A DNA stretch of 24,817 nucleotides, taken from positions 1 to 24,817 of the IMG/VR virus record IMGVR_UViG_3300012349_000016. One strand, 5' to 3'. Source of the DNA: a virus (Duplodnaviria; Caudoviricetes). The notes under the pieces were generated by a model, which worked only from the letters and a program-made list of their open reading frames with translations, was not told the origin of the DNA and did no database searches. The number at the start of each line of letters is the position of its first letter. The stretch's first letter is position 1. Below, in pieces: positions 7,152-16,792 of this stretch. Position numbers and translations under genes: made by a program.

Positions 7152-7378
7152 TTTTTCCCGCCGCTGCTCTTGATCGGCGTCACGCGCATGTCGCCATACC
7201 ACATCACGAACCACTGGTCGATCCACACATTGCCGAACACGACCGGAACGGGAGTGCCTTGTTCAATCGTCGGCAGGTGGACGTCCTTCAGCTGCTGCGC
7301 CGGCGGCGCTTTCGGCTTCGGCCTGAGCGCATAGCTCAGGATCATCGACACAATCATCACCGCAAGTTCGACCCACAT
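7148..7378 (-). CDS. Small tail-tip protein (76 aa)
   Basis: RBS AAGGAG before ATG 7378; hydrophobic N-terminus then PTIEQGTPVPVVFGNVWI...WYGD, typical of D3112/B3-like tail tips. Confidence 0.82.
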   Translation of the reverse strand: MWVELAVMIVSMILSYALRPKPKAPPAQQLKDVHLPTIEQGTPVPVVFGNVWIDQWFVMWYGDMRVTPIKSSGGKK

Positions 7379-7389
7379 GGCAGCGCTCC

Positions 7390-8220
7390 TTAGAGGTAGG
7401 GATTGGCGAGGGTTCCGTCCATCGGATTGACGACCGGAATGAAGGGTTGACCACCGTAATTTAAGGTGTTTCCGAACGCCGCGCAATTCGCCGTTGTTTT
7501 CGAGCAGCCAGGATAGACGATCACTATCAGCCCCGGCGCCAGTTGTGGGCTGCCATAGCTCAGGGTCAGCGTAGTGTCGAAGTCGGCGACGGCGTCAATC
7601 GAGCGGCGCTCCCAGTAGTTGGAGCCGCTGTCCCATTCGATGAAGCCGCCGAGGAAGGAGAGGCCGGTTGGCAACGAGGCGCTCGGGATGGTGATCGTGA
7701 GGCCGCTCGCTGCGCTCAATGTCGTGCCGATGCCAAAGTCGTGCGCGTTGAGGGTGCAGCCCTGTCCGTAGAGCACGTGCGGGCAGCCGACACCCCAGCG
7801 CCGGCGCAGCCCGGTCGCCTGCACGCTGGTGTAGACCGGCTCGCACGCGATATCGACCGTCGATCCCTTCCATGTGGGGCCGATCACGCGGCCGATCCAG
7901 TCCACGATGCCCTGGCCGTCCGGATCGGTAAAGTGCAGGTTGGTGATCGTCAGCAGCACATCGCGAGACGGCGCGTAGACCGCATAAAGTTGCGCCACCT
8001 CGATGTCGCGCGGCGCGGTGACGGTCAAAGTCTGCCGGCGCACGTCCGGCCCCACCTGCGGGTTGCTGCGCTTGATGGCGCGCGGCGCATAGGCATTGCC
8101 GCCGTACATGATCGTCCTATCGGCCGTCGTATAGCGGAAATGCGCAGAGCCAACAGAGAAATCGAACAGCAGGATCGGCTCGCCGCTAGCTACGCTTATT
8201 TCGAATGTCTGGAAAGTCAT
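7390..8220 (-). CDS. BR0599/DUF2163-family tail tip protein (lambda gpL/GTA-like, probable Fe-S binding)
   Basis: CPHVLYGQGC and C-terminal PGCSKTTANCAAFGNTLNYGGQPFIP cysteine motifs. Confidence 0.9.
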   Translation of the reverse strand: MTFQTFEISVASGEPILLFDFSVGSAHFRYTTADRTIMYGGNAYAPRAIKRSNPQVGPDVRRQTLTVTAPRDIEVAQLYAVYAPSRDVLLTITNLHFTDPDGQGIVDWIGRVIGPTWKGSTVDIACEPVYTSVQATGLRRRWGVGCPHVLYGQGCTLNAHDFGIGTTLSAASGLTITIPSASLPTGLSFLGGFIEWDSGSNYWERRSIDAVADFDTTLTLSYGSPQLAPGLIVIVYPGCSKTTANCAAFGNTLNYGGQPFIPVVNPMDGTLANPYL

Positions 8221-8227
8221 GGTTCCC

Positions 8228-9934
8228 TCAATTCCCGTGGTTCAGCGATTGCCATGGCGTCGATGCCGTCGCCATACCGTCGTCGGCAGTGTGGTGCGCG
8301 ATCTCGATGGCATCGGAATTCAGGCGGCACAGCGCCATATAGCTGATGCGCCGCACATCGGCCATCGCCACGGCTGGCCCAATTCCCGAACCGAGCGTCA
8401 GGCGCTCGGTGTACGCATCGAGCCCGGCGGCGTCGATAATGCGGCGGTACAGGATCGTCCCGCTGTAAAGCTCGATGCGGATGTCCTGCCGGTTCATCTG
8501 GCCGAGCAGATACAGCGCATAGCCGGTCAGCTCGACGTCGATGTATGCCTGGCCAGCCGCGACAGCGGCGGAGATTTTCAGGTCTTGCTGATAGGTGGGA
8601 ATCCAGATTTCGCCCTGGCGCCCCTTCAGCAGGTACAGCAGCGCGCGAAATGCGGCGCGATTCGCGCGGCCCTGGATGAACCAGTTGTGCGTGCTGGTCG
8701 GCAGGCCGATACCTGCATGGTCATCGATGGCGACCACACCGGTGTCGTTGTCGATCATGACGGTGTCGCGCGCGAGCGTCATTTCCATGCTGCCCTCGTC
8801 CGGCGCGTTTTCGAGCACCGGCGCGGAGCGATAGGTGGCCAGGCCGCTCGCGGCGCTCCAGTCGCAAGGCTCGGTCACGAGGAAGCTGGGCGACGCCGTC
8901 GAAAAATTTCCGTTGGCGCGGGAAAGCTTCGGATAGGACAGCAGCAACGCGGCGCGCGCGGGGTAGAGCCGCGTTTGCGCCGGCCAGTTGCTTTGCACGG
9001 GGTTCGACAGGGTCAGCGCATTGGCGGCCACGCTGAGGACCGGCACCACCTCGTAGGAAACGGCGCTGGCAATCAGGATCGCCATGCCGCCGGCCGTGAA
9101 ATCCCGGCTGACCGTATCGCAGGCGATGCTGGTCGCGCCGGCGCTGACGGCGGCGGCCAGCAGCTGCCCGTCCGGCCAGATCGGCAGCGCCCAGATGCGC
9201 GCGCTCCAGTCGAACAGCTGCGCCTCAACGAAGCGGCGCTCCTGCCGCGACAATTGCGCGTTGAACGTGAAGACGCGGCGCGGCGCGATCCGCAGCGCGC
9301 GGCGTTGCTCGGCGCCGCTCCATGCGCGCATCACATCCGTCTTGAACTCCAGTCGCTCGGCGACCGGCGCGGCCCAGTCCGGCGACAGCGCCCAGGCGGT
9401 GATCCGCTGGCCGGTGAAAGCCAGCGACACCGACTCGCCGCCGGTGAAGGAATAGGTGTAGGAGGCGGCGATGGTCGGCGGCCCCTGCACCGATATCGCC
9501 GCACTCCATGTCAACTCCTGGTTCGGCTGGAACGTGATCGGGAGCGCGGATGGCGGCGTGATCGCGATGCCAGTGTCGTTGCTGCTGGCCGCGCTACTCA
9601 AAACGCGGGTAGCATCAAGGTGTCCATTCCAAATCTTGTACGTGACGGTGAGCGACGACACCAGATTGCCGATACCGAAGACGGAGGGTGTGATGTGGAC
9701 GCGGTTGTACCAGTCCGCCGCGAACGACAGCGCCTTGCTGCCGGCGCCAAGCGACCGGCTCGGGATCGTCGGCACGCTGCGCGTGACCGCGCCGCTTGAC
9801 GACGACGTCGCCACATAGGCGGCCGTCGCCGGCGTCGGGCCGGGCGCGTCTTGCGCATCGAAGGCGGCGCCGGCCAGGCCGGGCGGCGGGGCGACCAGGA
9901 CACGACTGTCAAATGATCCAGAAAAGACTGTCAT
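8228..9934 (-). CDS. Distal tail/virion structural protein (568 aa)
   Basis: Start MTVFSG at 9934 (ATGA overlap); DWYNRVHITP, PDWAAPVAERLEFKTDV and EQRRALRIAPRR motifs. Confidence 0.82.
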   Translation of the reverse strand: MTVFSGSFDSRVLVAPPPGLAGAAFDAQDAPGPTPATAAYVATSSSSGAVTRSVPTIPSRSLGAGSKALSFAADWYNRVHITPSVFGIGNLVSSLTVTYKIWNGHLDATRVLSSAASSNDTGIAITPPSALPITFQPNQELTWSAAISVQGPPTIAASYTYSFTGGESVSLAFTGQRITAWALSPDWAAPVAERLEFKTDVMRAWSGAEQRRALRIAPRRVFTFNAQLSRQERRFVEAQLFDWSARIWALPIWPDGQLLAAAVSAGATSIACDTVSRDFTAGGMAILIASAVSYEVVPVLSVAANALTLSNPVQSNWPAQTRLYPARAALLLSYPKLSRANGNFSTASPSFLVTEPCDWSAASGLATYRSAPVLENAPDEGSMEMTLARDTVMIDNDTGVVAIDDHAGIGLPTSTHNWFIQGRANRAAFRALLYLLKGRQGEIWIPTYQQDLKISAAVAAGQAYIDVELTGYALYLLGQMNRQDIRIELYSGTILYRRIIDAAGLDAYTERLTLGSGIGPAVAMADVRRISYMALCRLNSDAIEIAHHTADDGMATASTPWQSLNHGN

Positions 9935-10872
9935 GCATTTTTCCTGAAGGCGAAGCCGACATAGCCGGTGCAATAGGGAGCGTTGCCGATGTTGACGTTC
10001 GATCCCTTGGTGCCGACCGGGAAGACTTTCCAGACATCCGCGCCGATGGTGATTTCATCCTTCGGGCTGTTGCTCTTGAGGTTGAACTGCCGGATATCGA
10101 GCGCATCGCCGACATAGGCCCACAGGCCGCCGGCGGCGCGCTCCAGCATCATGGGCATGGGCAGCAGCACCGGCAGGCCGTTGAAGGTATTGGGCAGCGA
10201 TTGCGCCGCCGCAAAATATAGCTGCTTGCCGAGCGACGAATTCGCAGGGTTGACGAAAGGCAGCAGGGCGCGCGCCGGCGACGACGCCAGGTTCTGGCTC
10301 CCGAACCAGCGATTCGTGCTATCGACCGTCGCATTGATGAGCATGGCGTCGTTCGACCCTTCCCCCCATGGCGTGATCTGGTATTGAGGGTAGGAATAAT
10401 AGAAACTTCCCTGCGGGCTGACGATGCTCGAACAGGTCAGGTAATTGACATTGCCGCCGCCATTGGCGCTGACCACCGTGCCGAAATGGATGTGCACGAA
10501 CACGCCGCTGGTGACTTCCAGCATGCAATGGATATAGGGGCTGGCGCCGCCGGCCTTGGTGAAGATGTGATAGCCGACAAAGCCGGCGGCGGCGCCGGTG
10601 TAGGCGTTCAGCAGCTGCGCGGGCGTACCGGTCTGGTTGCTGTAGGTATTCGCGCCGTTGTAGCCGGTCGCGCCGTAGCAGTCGATCTGATTGTCCGCAG
10701 CCTTCGCGTGCAGGTTGACGTAAGCGCCGGTGCTATTGTGCAACGCCAGCCACCAGCCGTCCGAAGTGACTGCGGCATTGTGGTCCACGGTCCAGCCGGC
10801 TGCCGCCGCTGCCGTCGCCAGCGTTTGCAGGAAGTTCGCGCAGCCGGGCGGCGTTCCAGTTTGATAAGCCAT
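9931..10872 (-). CDS. Tail/virion structural protein
   Basis: MAYQTGT N-terminus and C-terminal EITIGADVWKVFP; resembles 10884..11789; second gene after the tape measure. Confidence 0.8.
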   Translation of the reverse strand: MAYQTGTPPGCANFLQTLATAAAAAGWTVDHNAAVTSDGWWLALHNSTGAYVNLHAKAADNQIDCYGATGYNGANTYSNQTGTPAQLLNAYTGAAAGFVGYHIFTKAGGASPYIHCMLEVTSGVFVHIHFGTVVSANGGGNVNYLTCSSIVSPQGSFYYSYPQYQITPWGEGSNDAMLINATVDSTNRWFGSQNLASSPARALLPFVNPANSSLGKQLYFAAAQSLPNTFNGLPVLLPMPMMLERAAGGLWAYVGDALDIRQFNLKSNSPKDEITIGADVWKVFPVGTKGSNVNIGNAPYCTGYVGFAFRKNA

Positions 10873-10883
10873 GCGTGTCCCCT

Positions 10884-11789
10884 TTAAGCCAGTGCGATTG
10901 CCGCGTAGTTGTCGGCGGAACTGCGGAATGCATCGGGCACCACCGTCCAGGTCGTGCCGCCGATGGTGATGGTGTTGCCCGCGCCGTTGGAGTAGCCCGT
11001 CACGAAAGCGACCCCATCGAATTCACCGAGCAGCTGGGCGGGCGTCGATTCCACCAGCATCGCCGGCATCACCGAATAGCTGCCGTCGAGGTTTTGTGTG
11101 AGCCAGCTGGTGCGCGTGGTGTTCGCCCCCTGGATATACCAGGGCGCGACGTTGACCATGATGCCGCTGCCGCCAGTTGCGCCACCGCCGCCGATGGTCC
11201 AGTTCGCCACCTGCGTCCATGCGCCGCCAGGCTGGCAGATTTGCGCATTGACCGGATCGAAAAAGCCGTGGTGGGCGTTTGATGCGTCGGAAAAGCGCCG
11301 GCTCTGGTCGGCGCCACTGCCACCAACGAATACGGGGTAGGGATACTGGCCAGGCGTGCCGTAGGGCAGGATTTTCCCCAGGTAGGCCGTCTCGTAGACG
11401 GTGCTCACCTGGGCGACGATGATCACCCGCTGCCCGTTCACGATGAAGGTGTAGGGGATCGCGCTGTTCTGCAGGTAGAGATAGGTGGCCGGCGAGCCGC
11501 CCGGCTGGCCGTTGAACGAATTGGAGCCCAGATAGCCCTGCGCGCCGCGCAGCTCCCAGTTGTAGTAATTGCCGGTGGCGTTGAAATAGGCGCGCGCCTG
11601 CACGTAGATTTGCTCGGTCCCCGACAGGCCCGGCGCCATCCAGTAATATTCGGCCGTCACCGTGTCGCTGCCCAGCGCATAGGTGCTGCTGCTCGTCGCC
11701 TTCTGCGTCCAGCCTTGCGCCACCAGGTAGGCGTTCAGCTTCGAGAGCAGGTCGAGGTAGTCGGTGGCGGTGCCTGTGGTGTATGCCAT
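10884..11789 (-). CDS. Tail/virion structural protein
   Basis: MAYTTGTATDYLDLL N-terminus, LPYGTPGQYPYPVFVGG and LGEFDGV; first gene after the tape measure. Confidence 0.82.
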   Translation of the reverse strand: MAYTTGTATDYLDLLSKLNAYLVAQGWTQKATSSSTYALGSDTVTAEYYWMAPGLSGTEQIYVQARAYFNATGNYYNWELRGAQGYLGSNSFNGQPGGSPATYLYLQNSAIPYTFIVNGQRVIIVAQVSTVYETAYLGKILPYGTPGQYPYPVFVGGSGADQSRRFSDASNAHHGFFDPVNAQICQPGGAWTQVANWTIGGGGATGGSGIMVNVAPWYIQGANTTRTSWLTQNLDGSYSVMPAMLVESTPAQLLGEFDGVAFVTGYSNGAGNTITIGGTTWTVVPDAFRSSADNYAAIALA

Positions 11790-11804
11790 TTCCAAAATTC
11801 CTTT

Positions 11805-14753
11805 TCAGCTGAGTGACTGCCGCACGCGGGAAGGATTCCGCGAAATGATGTTGAGCACCTGCTGTTCGCCGACCGCGCTGTCCAGATGGTCGGCCAGCAG
11901 CGATGCATCCGGCACATTGATAATCTTCAGGCTGGCGCCGGCGCCGCCGGCGACGGCGCCGCCGTCCGCATAACGCTGCACGCCGGCCACGCCGCGCGAG
12001 GCCATGCCGGGCGTGCCGTTGATCGCGTGCAGCAGCGCAAGCACGCCTGGCTTGCCTGCCGCCTTCGCATTGACCACGAATTCACCATCTGACAGCATGG
12101 CAGGGATGCTGTCGCTGGTGCCGGTGCCGGCCCCGCGAATCTGGCCGCCGGTGGCCGCAAACAGGCTGGCAAAGCCGCCACCTCCGCCGCTGGCGCCAGA
12201 CGCGGCCGCTGCCGCAGTCACGGCCGCCGTATTCGCCGCCAGCGCGGCCACCAGAAGCGTCATGCTGACGCCTACCGATGTTTCCACCGCCGTACTCGCC
12301 ACCAGCGCCGTCGTGTTGGCGGTCTCGGCTGCCGTCTTCGCCGCACTGGAAGCGGCGCCGGCCGTGCCACCCGCCGCGCCTCCTGCGCCGCCACCGAACA
12401 GGCCGGAGATGAAATTGCCGGCCTTTGCCAGCATGTTGGACAGGCCGCCGGTCGCGCCGTCGCCATTGAGCCACTTCACGAATTGCTTGGCGGCCCATTC
12501 CGACTCCATCTTCGCCAGCGACGTGACGAAGCTGTAGGCCATTTTCTGGAACGCGCCGCCGATATGATCCGTGCCGGTCCCCACCGCCATGAAAAAATTC
12601 GACAGGCCGCTATCAAACGCGCTCTCGGCGGTCTGCTTCAGGAGCACCATCGCCTGGCCGGCCTCGTCGGTGGCGTTCTTGACGCCCTGGATTTTCTCGC
12701 TAAAGGCCTCTGCCTGCGCGATCAGCTGCGGGTCTTTGGTGGCCGCCGCCGCCTGTTGCAGCCGCATCACCAGATCGGCAAGTACGGGCAGGCGGGCGCG
12801 CTCCAGGTCCACGATTTTCTGCTCGCCCTCGATGGGAAACAGCTGCCCGGATTTCACCTGGTCGCCAATCGCCTTGATCTTGGTCTGCAGGTCGGCAAAC
12901 GCGGCATTCGCATCGTGCAGGGTAGCGTCGAACCCGATCTTGGCGCCACCTTGCGAACGCGACGTCGCCAGCGCGGAGTCGATCTGGGCCGGGCTTGCGC
13001 CCTCCTGTTGCAGTTGCAGGCGCAGCTGGTTCTGCGCGATCTCCAGCCGGTCCTTCGCGGCGCGCGTCTTGTCGCCGGCGATGGTCGCCAGCCTGGCGTC
13101 CAGCTCCAGCTCCTTCTGCTTCTTGTCGACCAGTTCCTGCTGCTTCTGCGCCTCGATCCCGGTCAATTGGCGCTTCAGTTCAGCCTGTTTCTGCTGGATT
13201 TCTCCCTGTAGCTTCAGCTCGGCGGTCTGCCGCTGCACCGCCGTCGCCGGGTTGAAGGCGTTGCCGGCGATGTCCGCCGCCGCTGCCTTCTTGCGCAGGA
13301 TGTCGATCTCCTGCTGCGTGCCGCGTTCGGCGATCTGCCGGCGCCTGGCGTAGTAGTCATCCAGCGAGACCTCGCCGCGCTTGTAGGAGGCCGCGTTCGC
13401 CTCTTCCTGTTCCCGCAAGCCCTGTTCCAGCACCTTCAGGTCGTTTTCCAGCCCCTGCTGCTCCAGCTGCGACTTCGCCACGCGCAGCTGGTAGGCATTG
13501 CCAGCATCCTGGCGCTCATTGCGCACGCTGCTTTTCTGCAGCGTCTCGATCTGCTCGTTGATCGAGTGGATCGCGTCCTTGCGCTCGGCCTCCAACTGCG
13601 GATCGGTGAACGATGTTTTCTGGAGCGCGACAATCTCGTTGCGCAATTTATCGATGCGTGCAAGATAGCTCGCCGAGTGGATGATGCCCTGGGCGACGGA
13701 ATCGACATGGTTCTGCTCCGCCTTCGAGGCCGCCACTTCGGTCTTCTTTTTCTCGTCCTCGATCTGTTTTTGCAGGTCGTCGCGCTCCTTGATAAGCGCC
13801 GCCTTTTCGGTATCTGCCAGCGGGATGAAGGCATGGGGCGTTTGCCTGCCGCCGCTCGCCAGTTGTAAATTAATGTTCGCCACCTGCTCCTGCTTGGTGA
13901 AGTCGCCCGTCACGGCCTTGCCCAGCGCTTCCCACGCGCCGGAGGCGGCCTTCTTGACGCTGTCCCACGCATGGGCAAACCCGCCAACCTTGATCGTCAG
14001 CGCGCCCAGGTGCTCGCCGAGGGCGTCGGCCAGCTTCTGCTGCGCGCCCATCAGGTCGCCGCTTTCCTGCAGGCGGCGGATTTCCTCGACCTGCTCGGCC
14101 GACAGGTCGTGCGTGCGGTCGCGCAGTTCCTCCGCGCCCTTGGTCGGGTCGGCGAACATTTTCACCAGCTCGGGCGTCAGCTTCTCGATGTCCTGATGGG
14201 TTTTCGCGGCATACTGCGCCGTCATGGCAGCGACGCGCTCGATGACGTTCGATGCGATCTTGCCGGAGGCGACCATGGTGGTGACCAGCTCGTTGGCCTG
14301 CCCCACCGTCAGCCGCGAGCTGCCGGAGATCGCGGCGGCCAGTTCCTTCATGCGCCCTTCCGTCTCGCCGGCGAAGTTGCCGGTTTCCTGGATGGCGATG
14401 TTCATCTGGCGCGACGTGGCTTCGGCTTCGATACCGGCCTTCGCCACCAGGTAAATCGCGGCAGCGGCAGCGGCGGCCGGCCCGATGATGCCCAGCATCG
14501 CGTGGCCGACCGACCCCATGCTTTCGGCAAGCACCATGAAGGAGCCGGGGATTTTCTTAAAATTTCCCTGCGTCATTTCGTGCGCCAGCACGATCAGCTC
14601 GTTCTTGGCGCGGGTCGTCATGGTCGCGGTGTGCTCCATCGCCTCGCCATTGGCCTTGCCGGCGCTGGTCGCGGCATCGCGCACCTTGTTCAGGGCGTCG
14701 ATGATTTCCTGCACACCGTCCGCGCTGAGCCGGACCTTGACGTCATCACCCAT
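11805..14753 (-). CDS. Tail tape measure protein (982 aa)
   Basis: Long Ala/Gln/Lys-rich helical protein with a lambda-gpH-like segment and C-terminal ATGGQIRGAGTGTSDSIPAMLSDGEFVV. Start placed at ATG 14753, 2 nt after the gpT-frame stop. Confidence 0.95.
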   Translation of the reverse strand: MGDDVKVRLSADGVQEIIDALNKVRDAATSAGKANGEAMEHTATMTTRAKNELIVLAHEMTQGNFKKIPGSFMVLAESMGSVGHAMLGIIGPAAAAAAAIYLVAKAGIEAEATSRQMNIAIQETGNFAGETEGRMKELAAAISGSSRLTVGQANELVTTMVASGKIASNVIERVAAMTAQYAAKTHQDIEKLTPELVKMFADPTKGAEELRDRTHDLSAEQVEEIRRLQESGDLMGAQQKLADALGEHLGALTIKVGGFAHAWDSVKKAASGAWEALGKAVTGDFTKQEQVANINLQLASGGRQTPHAFIPLADTEKAALIKERDDLQKQIEDEKKKTEVAASKAEQNHVDSVAQGIIHSASYLARIDKLRNEIVALQKTSFTDPQLEAERKDAIHSINEQIETLQKSSVRNERQDAGNAYQLRVAKSQLEQQGLENDLKVLEQGLREQEEANAASYKRGEVSLDDYYARRRQIAERGTQQEIDILRKKAAAADIAGNAFNPATAVQRQTAELKLQGEIQQKQAELKRQLTGIEAQKQQELVDKKQKELELDARLATIAGDKTRAAKDRLEIAQNQLRLQLQQEGASPAQIDSALATSRSQGGAKIGFDATLHDANAAFADLQTKIKAIGDQVKSGQLFPIEGEQKIVDLERARLPVLADLVMRLQQAAAATKDPQLIAQAEAFSEKIQGVKNATDEAGQAMVLLKQTAESAFDSGLSNFFMAVGTGTDHIGGAFQKMAYSFVTSLAKMESEWAAKQFVKWLNGDGATGGLSNMLAKAGNFISGLFGGGAGGAAGGTAGAASSAAKTAAETANTTALVASTAVETSVGVSMTLLVAALAANTAAVTAAAAASGASGGGGGFASLFAATGGQIRGAGTGTSDSIPAMLSDGEFVVNAKAAGKPGVLALLHAINGTPGMASRGVAGVQRYADGGAVAGGAGASLKIINVPDASLLADHLDSAVGEQQVLNIISRNPSRVRQSLS

Positions 14754-14755
14754 GT

Positions 14756-15432
14756 TCAACCTTTCAAAATCTCCGGCACCTTCGGCGGCGCGGCCTTGCA
14801 ATAGGGCGACTGAACCGCCCACACCAACACGTCCGTGTCATGCTGCTGGCGTGCCTGCTCGCGCATCTTGTTCAGGTAGGCCAGCAGCGCCTCGCGGATC
14901 GGCCAGTTCATCACCACCTGGGCGCGGTCGTAGTCATAGCCCGCTATCTCGCGGATCAGGTGGCTCCAATCGTGGAATCCGAGGATGCCCCGCTCCCGCT
15001 GCGCTCTCCCACTTTTTCCGCTTCCGCTTCCTCCGAAAATTTCGGGAAAGTCTTCGAAGAGTAGAGCGCGATGATAAAAAAAAGGTAGAGGAACTCCCCG
15101 ATGGCCTGGCGCACCTTCGCCTTGTCGTCGTCCTCAAAGAGGTTCCCGATGAAGTCGGCCATGCGCGGCGCCATCTCGGGCGTCCATTTCACATCCTCGA
15201 TCTCGGCCGGGATGAGCAGGCCGGACATGATCTCGACGGCCTTGCCGCTTTCCCAGACCGACGACGCGAGGCGCCGGATGAAGGCCTCGGTGTCCTCTCC
15301 ATCGGCGAGCTTCATGCTCACCAACCCGGCGGCGCGGATGCGCACCATCATCCAGTTTTCGTGATTGATGGTGCTGTGCTTGATCGGCCGGAAATCGCGT
15401 CCGGCCAGCGTGATGATGTTGTTGTTCTGCAT
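14756..15432 (-). CDS. Tail assembly chaperone gpGT-like fusion (about 225 aa) via -1 programmed frameshift at 15076-15082
   Basis: In-frame CTT TTT TTT slippery site. The -1 frame is open for 106 codons (YHRALLFEDFPEIFGG...FHDWSHLIREIAGYDYD...PPKVPEILKG) and stops at 14758-14756. Confidence 0.85.
14956..15432 (-). CDS. Tail assembly chaperone gpG-like (158 aa)
   Basis: Lies between tail tube and tape measure; AAGGGGG RBS; contains the slippery heptamer. Confidence 0.88.
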   Translation of the reverse strand: MQNNNIITLAGRDFRPIKHSTINHENWMMVRIRAAGLVSMKLADGEDTEAFIRRLASSVWESGKAVEIMSGLLIPAEIEDVKWTPEMAPRMADFIGNLFEDDDKAKVRQAIGEFLYLFFIIALYSSKTFPKFSEEAEAEKVGERSGSGASSDSTIGAT

Positions 15433-15449
15433 GCCATGTCCCCCTTGTC

Positions 15450-15524
15450 AAAAATGGGGCGCGGGCGATTCGCGCGCCGCGCCCCGGAAAACCCGCTGGC
15501 CAGCCTCATGATGCAGGCCAGCGG
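15450..15524 (-). terminator. Two tandem hairpins after the tail tube gene (partial terminators or mRNA stabilisers)
   Basis: CCGCTGGCC/GGCCAGCGG (15493-15524) followed by GTTTT, and GGGGCGCGG/CCGCGCCCC (15456-15485) followed by ATTTTT on the minus strand. Confidence 0.6.
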
Positions 15525-15540
15525 CATCGCCCAGGGAGAC

Positions 15541-16335
15541 TTAGGCGAGTTGGAGCAGGCGATACAGCGGCTCGGCCGGATGGTTGACGCTGTCGGCGAT
15601 GCACATGCCCTCCAGCGTCCAGTTGCCGTAGTCGTCCTGGATCAGGCCCAGGCTGCCGTTCGGCGTGAACATCACATTCCAGAACTCGCCCTCGAAGGTC
15701 GGTCCCTGCACCGGGGCGCCCTTGAAGCGGAGGTAGCAGTTGATCTGCGGGCTGGTACCGCCCTGCACCAGGTTGAAGGTGTAGGTGCCGTAGGTGTAAT
15801 CGACCTTGATGGTGTCGGTGACCACAACGGCGCCGCCGGGCCGGATATGAATGCGGCCGGAGGCCGCATCGATGTCGTAATCGGTGCCGAGCGTGAGCGT
15901 CGATGTGCCGGTCGCGCCGCCCTTGACCGTCACCGCGCTGATGTTGCGCTTGAGGGTCGGATACCAGGCGCCGATCAGGGGCGCGGTGGTGATCGTTTCG
16001 CCCGTCACGCTGGCACCGGTCACGGTGATGGCGTTCTGGTTGCCCATCAGCGCCACCGCCAGGTTGAACAGGCTCATTTCGTCGCCCGTGATCTTGATCG
16101 ATTGGGTCTGCATGATCGCCGCGCGCGCGTACAACAGCGAGGCGGCGTCCATCGATTCAAATTTTTCCTTCACGGTCGCCTTGGCCGTGATCTCGAACGC
16201 CGTGCAGTTGCCGAGATCGAATTCACCGGTGCGCGTGAGCACACCGCTGACCAGCTTCAGGCGGTCCATGAAGACCTGCCCGCGCCCCAGCATGAGGTTG
16301 GTGGCGCCAGGCGACATTGCAAGAGGTGCAGTCAT
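15541..16335 (-). CDS. Major tail tube protein
   Basis: NLMLGRGQVF...DLGNCTAFEIT N-terminus and DYDIDAASGRI; expected position; AGGAG RBS. Confidence 0.88.
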   Translation of the reverse strand: MTAPLAMSPGATNLMLGRGQVFMDRLKLVSGVLTRTGEFDLGNCTAFEITAKATVKEKFESMDAASLLYARAAIMQTQSIKITGDEMSLFNLAVALMGNQNAITVTGASVTGETITTAPLIGAWYPTLKRNISAVTVKGGATGTSTLTLGTDYDIDAASGRIHIRPGGAVVVTDTIKVDYTYGTYTFNLVQGGTSPQINCYLRFKGAPVQGPTFEGEFWNVMFTPNGSLGLIQDDYGNWTLEGMCIADSVNHPAEPLYRLLQLA

Positions 16336-16344
16336 TTTTAACTC

Positions 16345-16785
16345 CTATCGAATTTGAGTTTGATCGGCGCGCAGGGTTTGGTATTCCACGCGAAAATCGA
16401 CGGCGATGGCGGCCACAGCGAAATTGCTCTCGTTGTACTGCCAGGCCGATTCATGTTCCATTGTGTCGGTCGCCAGGCCGCCGAACTGCTGGCCGGACAG
16501 GCATTTCGTCACCCATGCCAGCGAATCGTCCAGCGCGGCGTCGGCGGGGTTGCCCTCGGCGTAGACCACCACCCGCAGATACATCGTGCGGGCGATGATC
16601 GGGCCGAAGCGCCCACTGGCGTCGTGCCGGATTTCCTCGCGGAAGGGAAACAGCGTCATCATCGGCAGCTGCTCCTGTTCCGAGGTCAACATCTGCGTTC
16701 GCACGCAGGCAGGAACGCCCGCCGGCGTGCCGGTGTTCAGCGCGCTCGCCGCAGCTTCCAAAATCCGTTCGCGGATCGTTGCCAT
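16345..16785 (-). CDS. Tail terminator/completion protein (gpU-like)
   Basis: MATIRERIL N-terminus, 146 aa, immediately upstream of the tail tube. Confidence 0.72.
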   Translation of the reverse strand: MATIRERILEAAASALNTGTPAGVPACVRTQMLTSEQEQLPMMTLFPFREEIRHDASGRFGPIIARTMYLRVVVYAEGNPADAALDDSLAWVTKCLSGQQFGGLATDTMEHESAWQYNESNFAVAAIAVDFRVEYQTLRADQTQIR

Positions 16786-16792
16786 GTTTCCC

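Noticed and set aside
15533-15541. AGGGAGACT, a partial match to the late-promoter box
   Set aside because: Opposite strand, lacks the TTGT prefix and the N22-spaced second box; probably chance.
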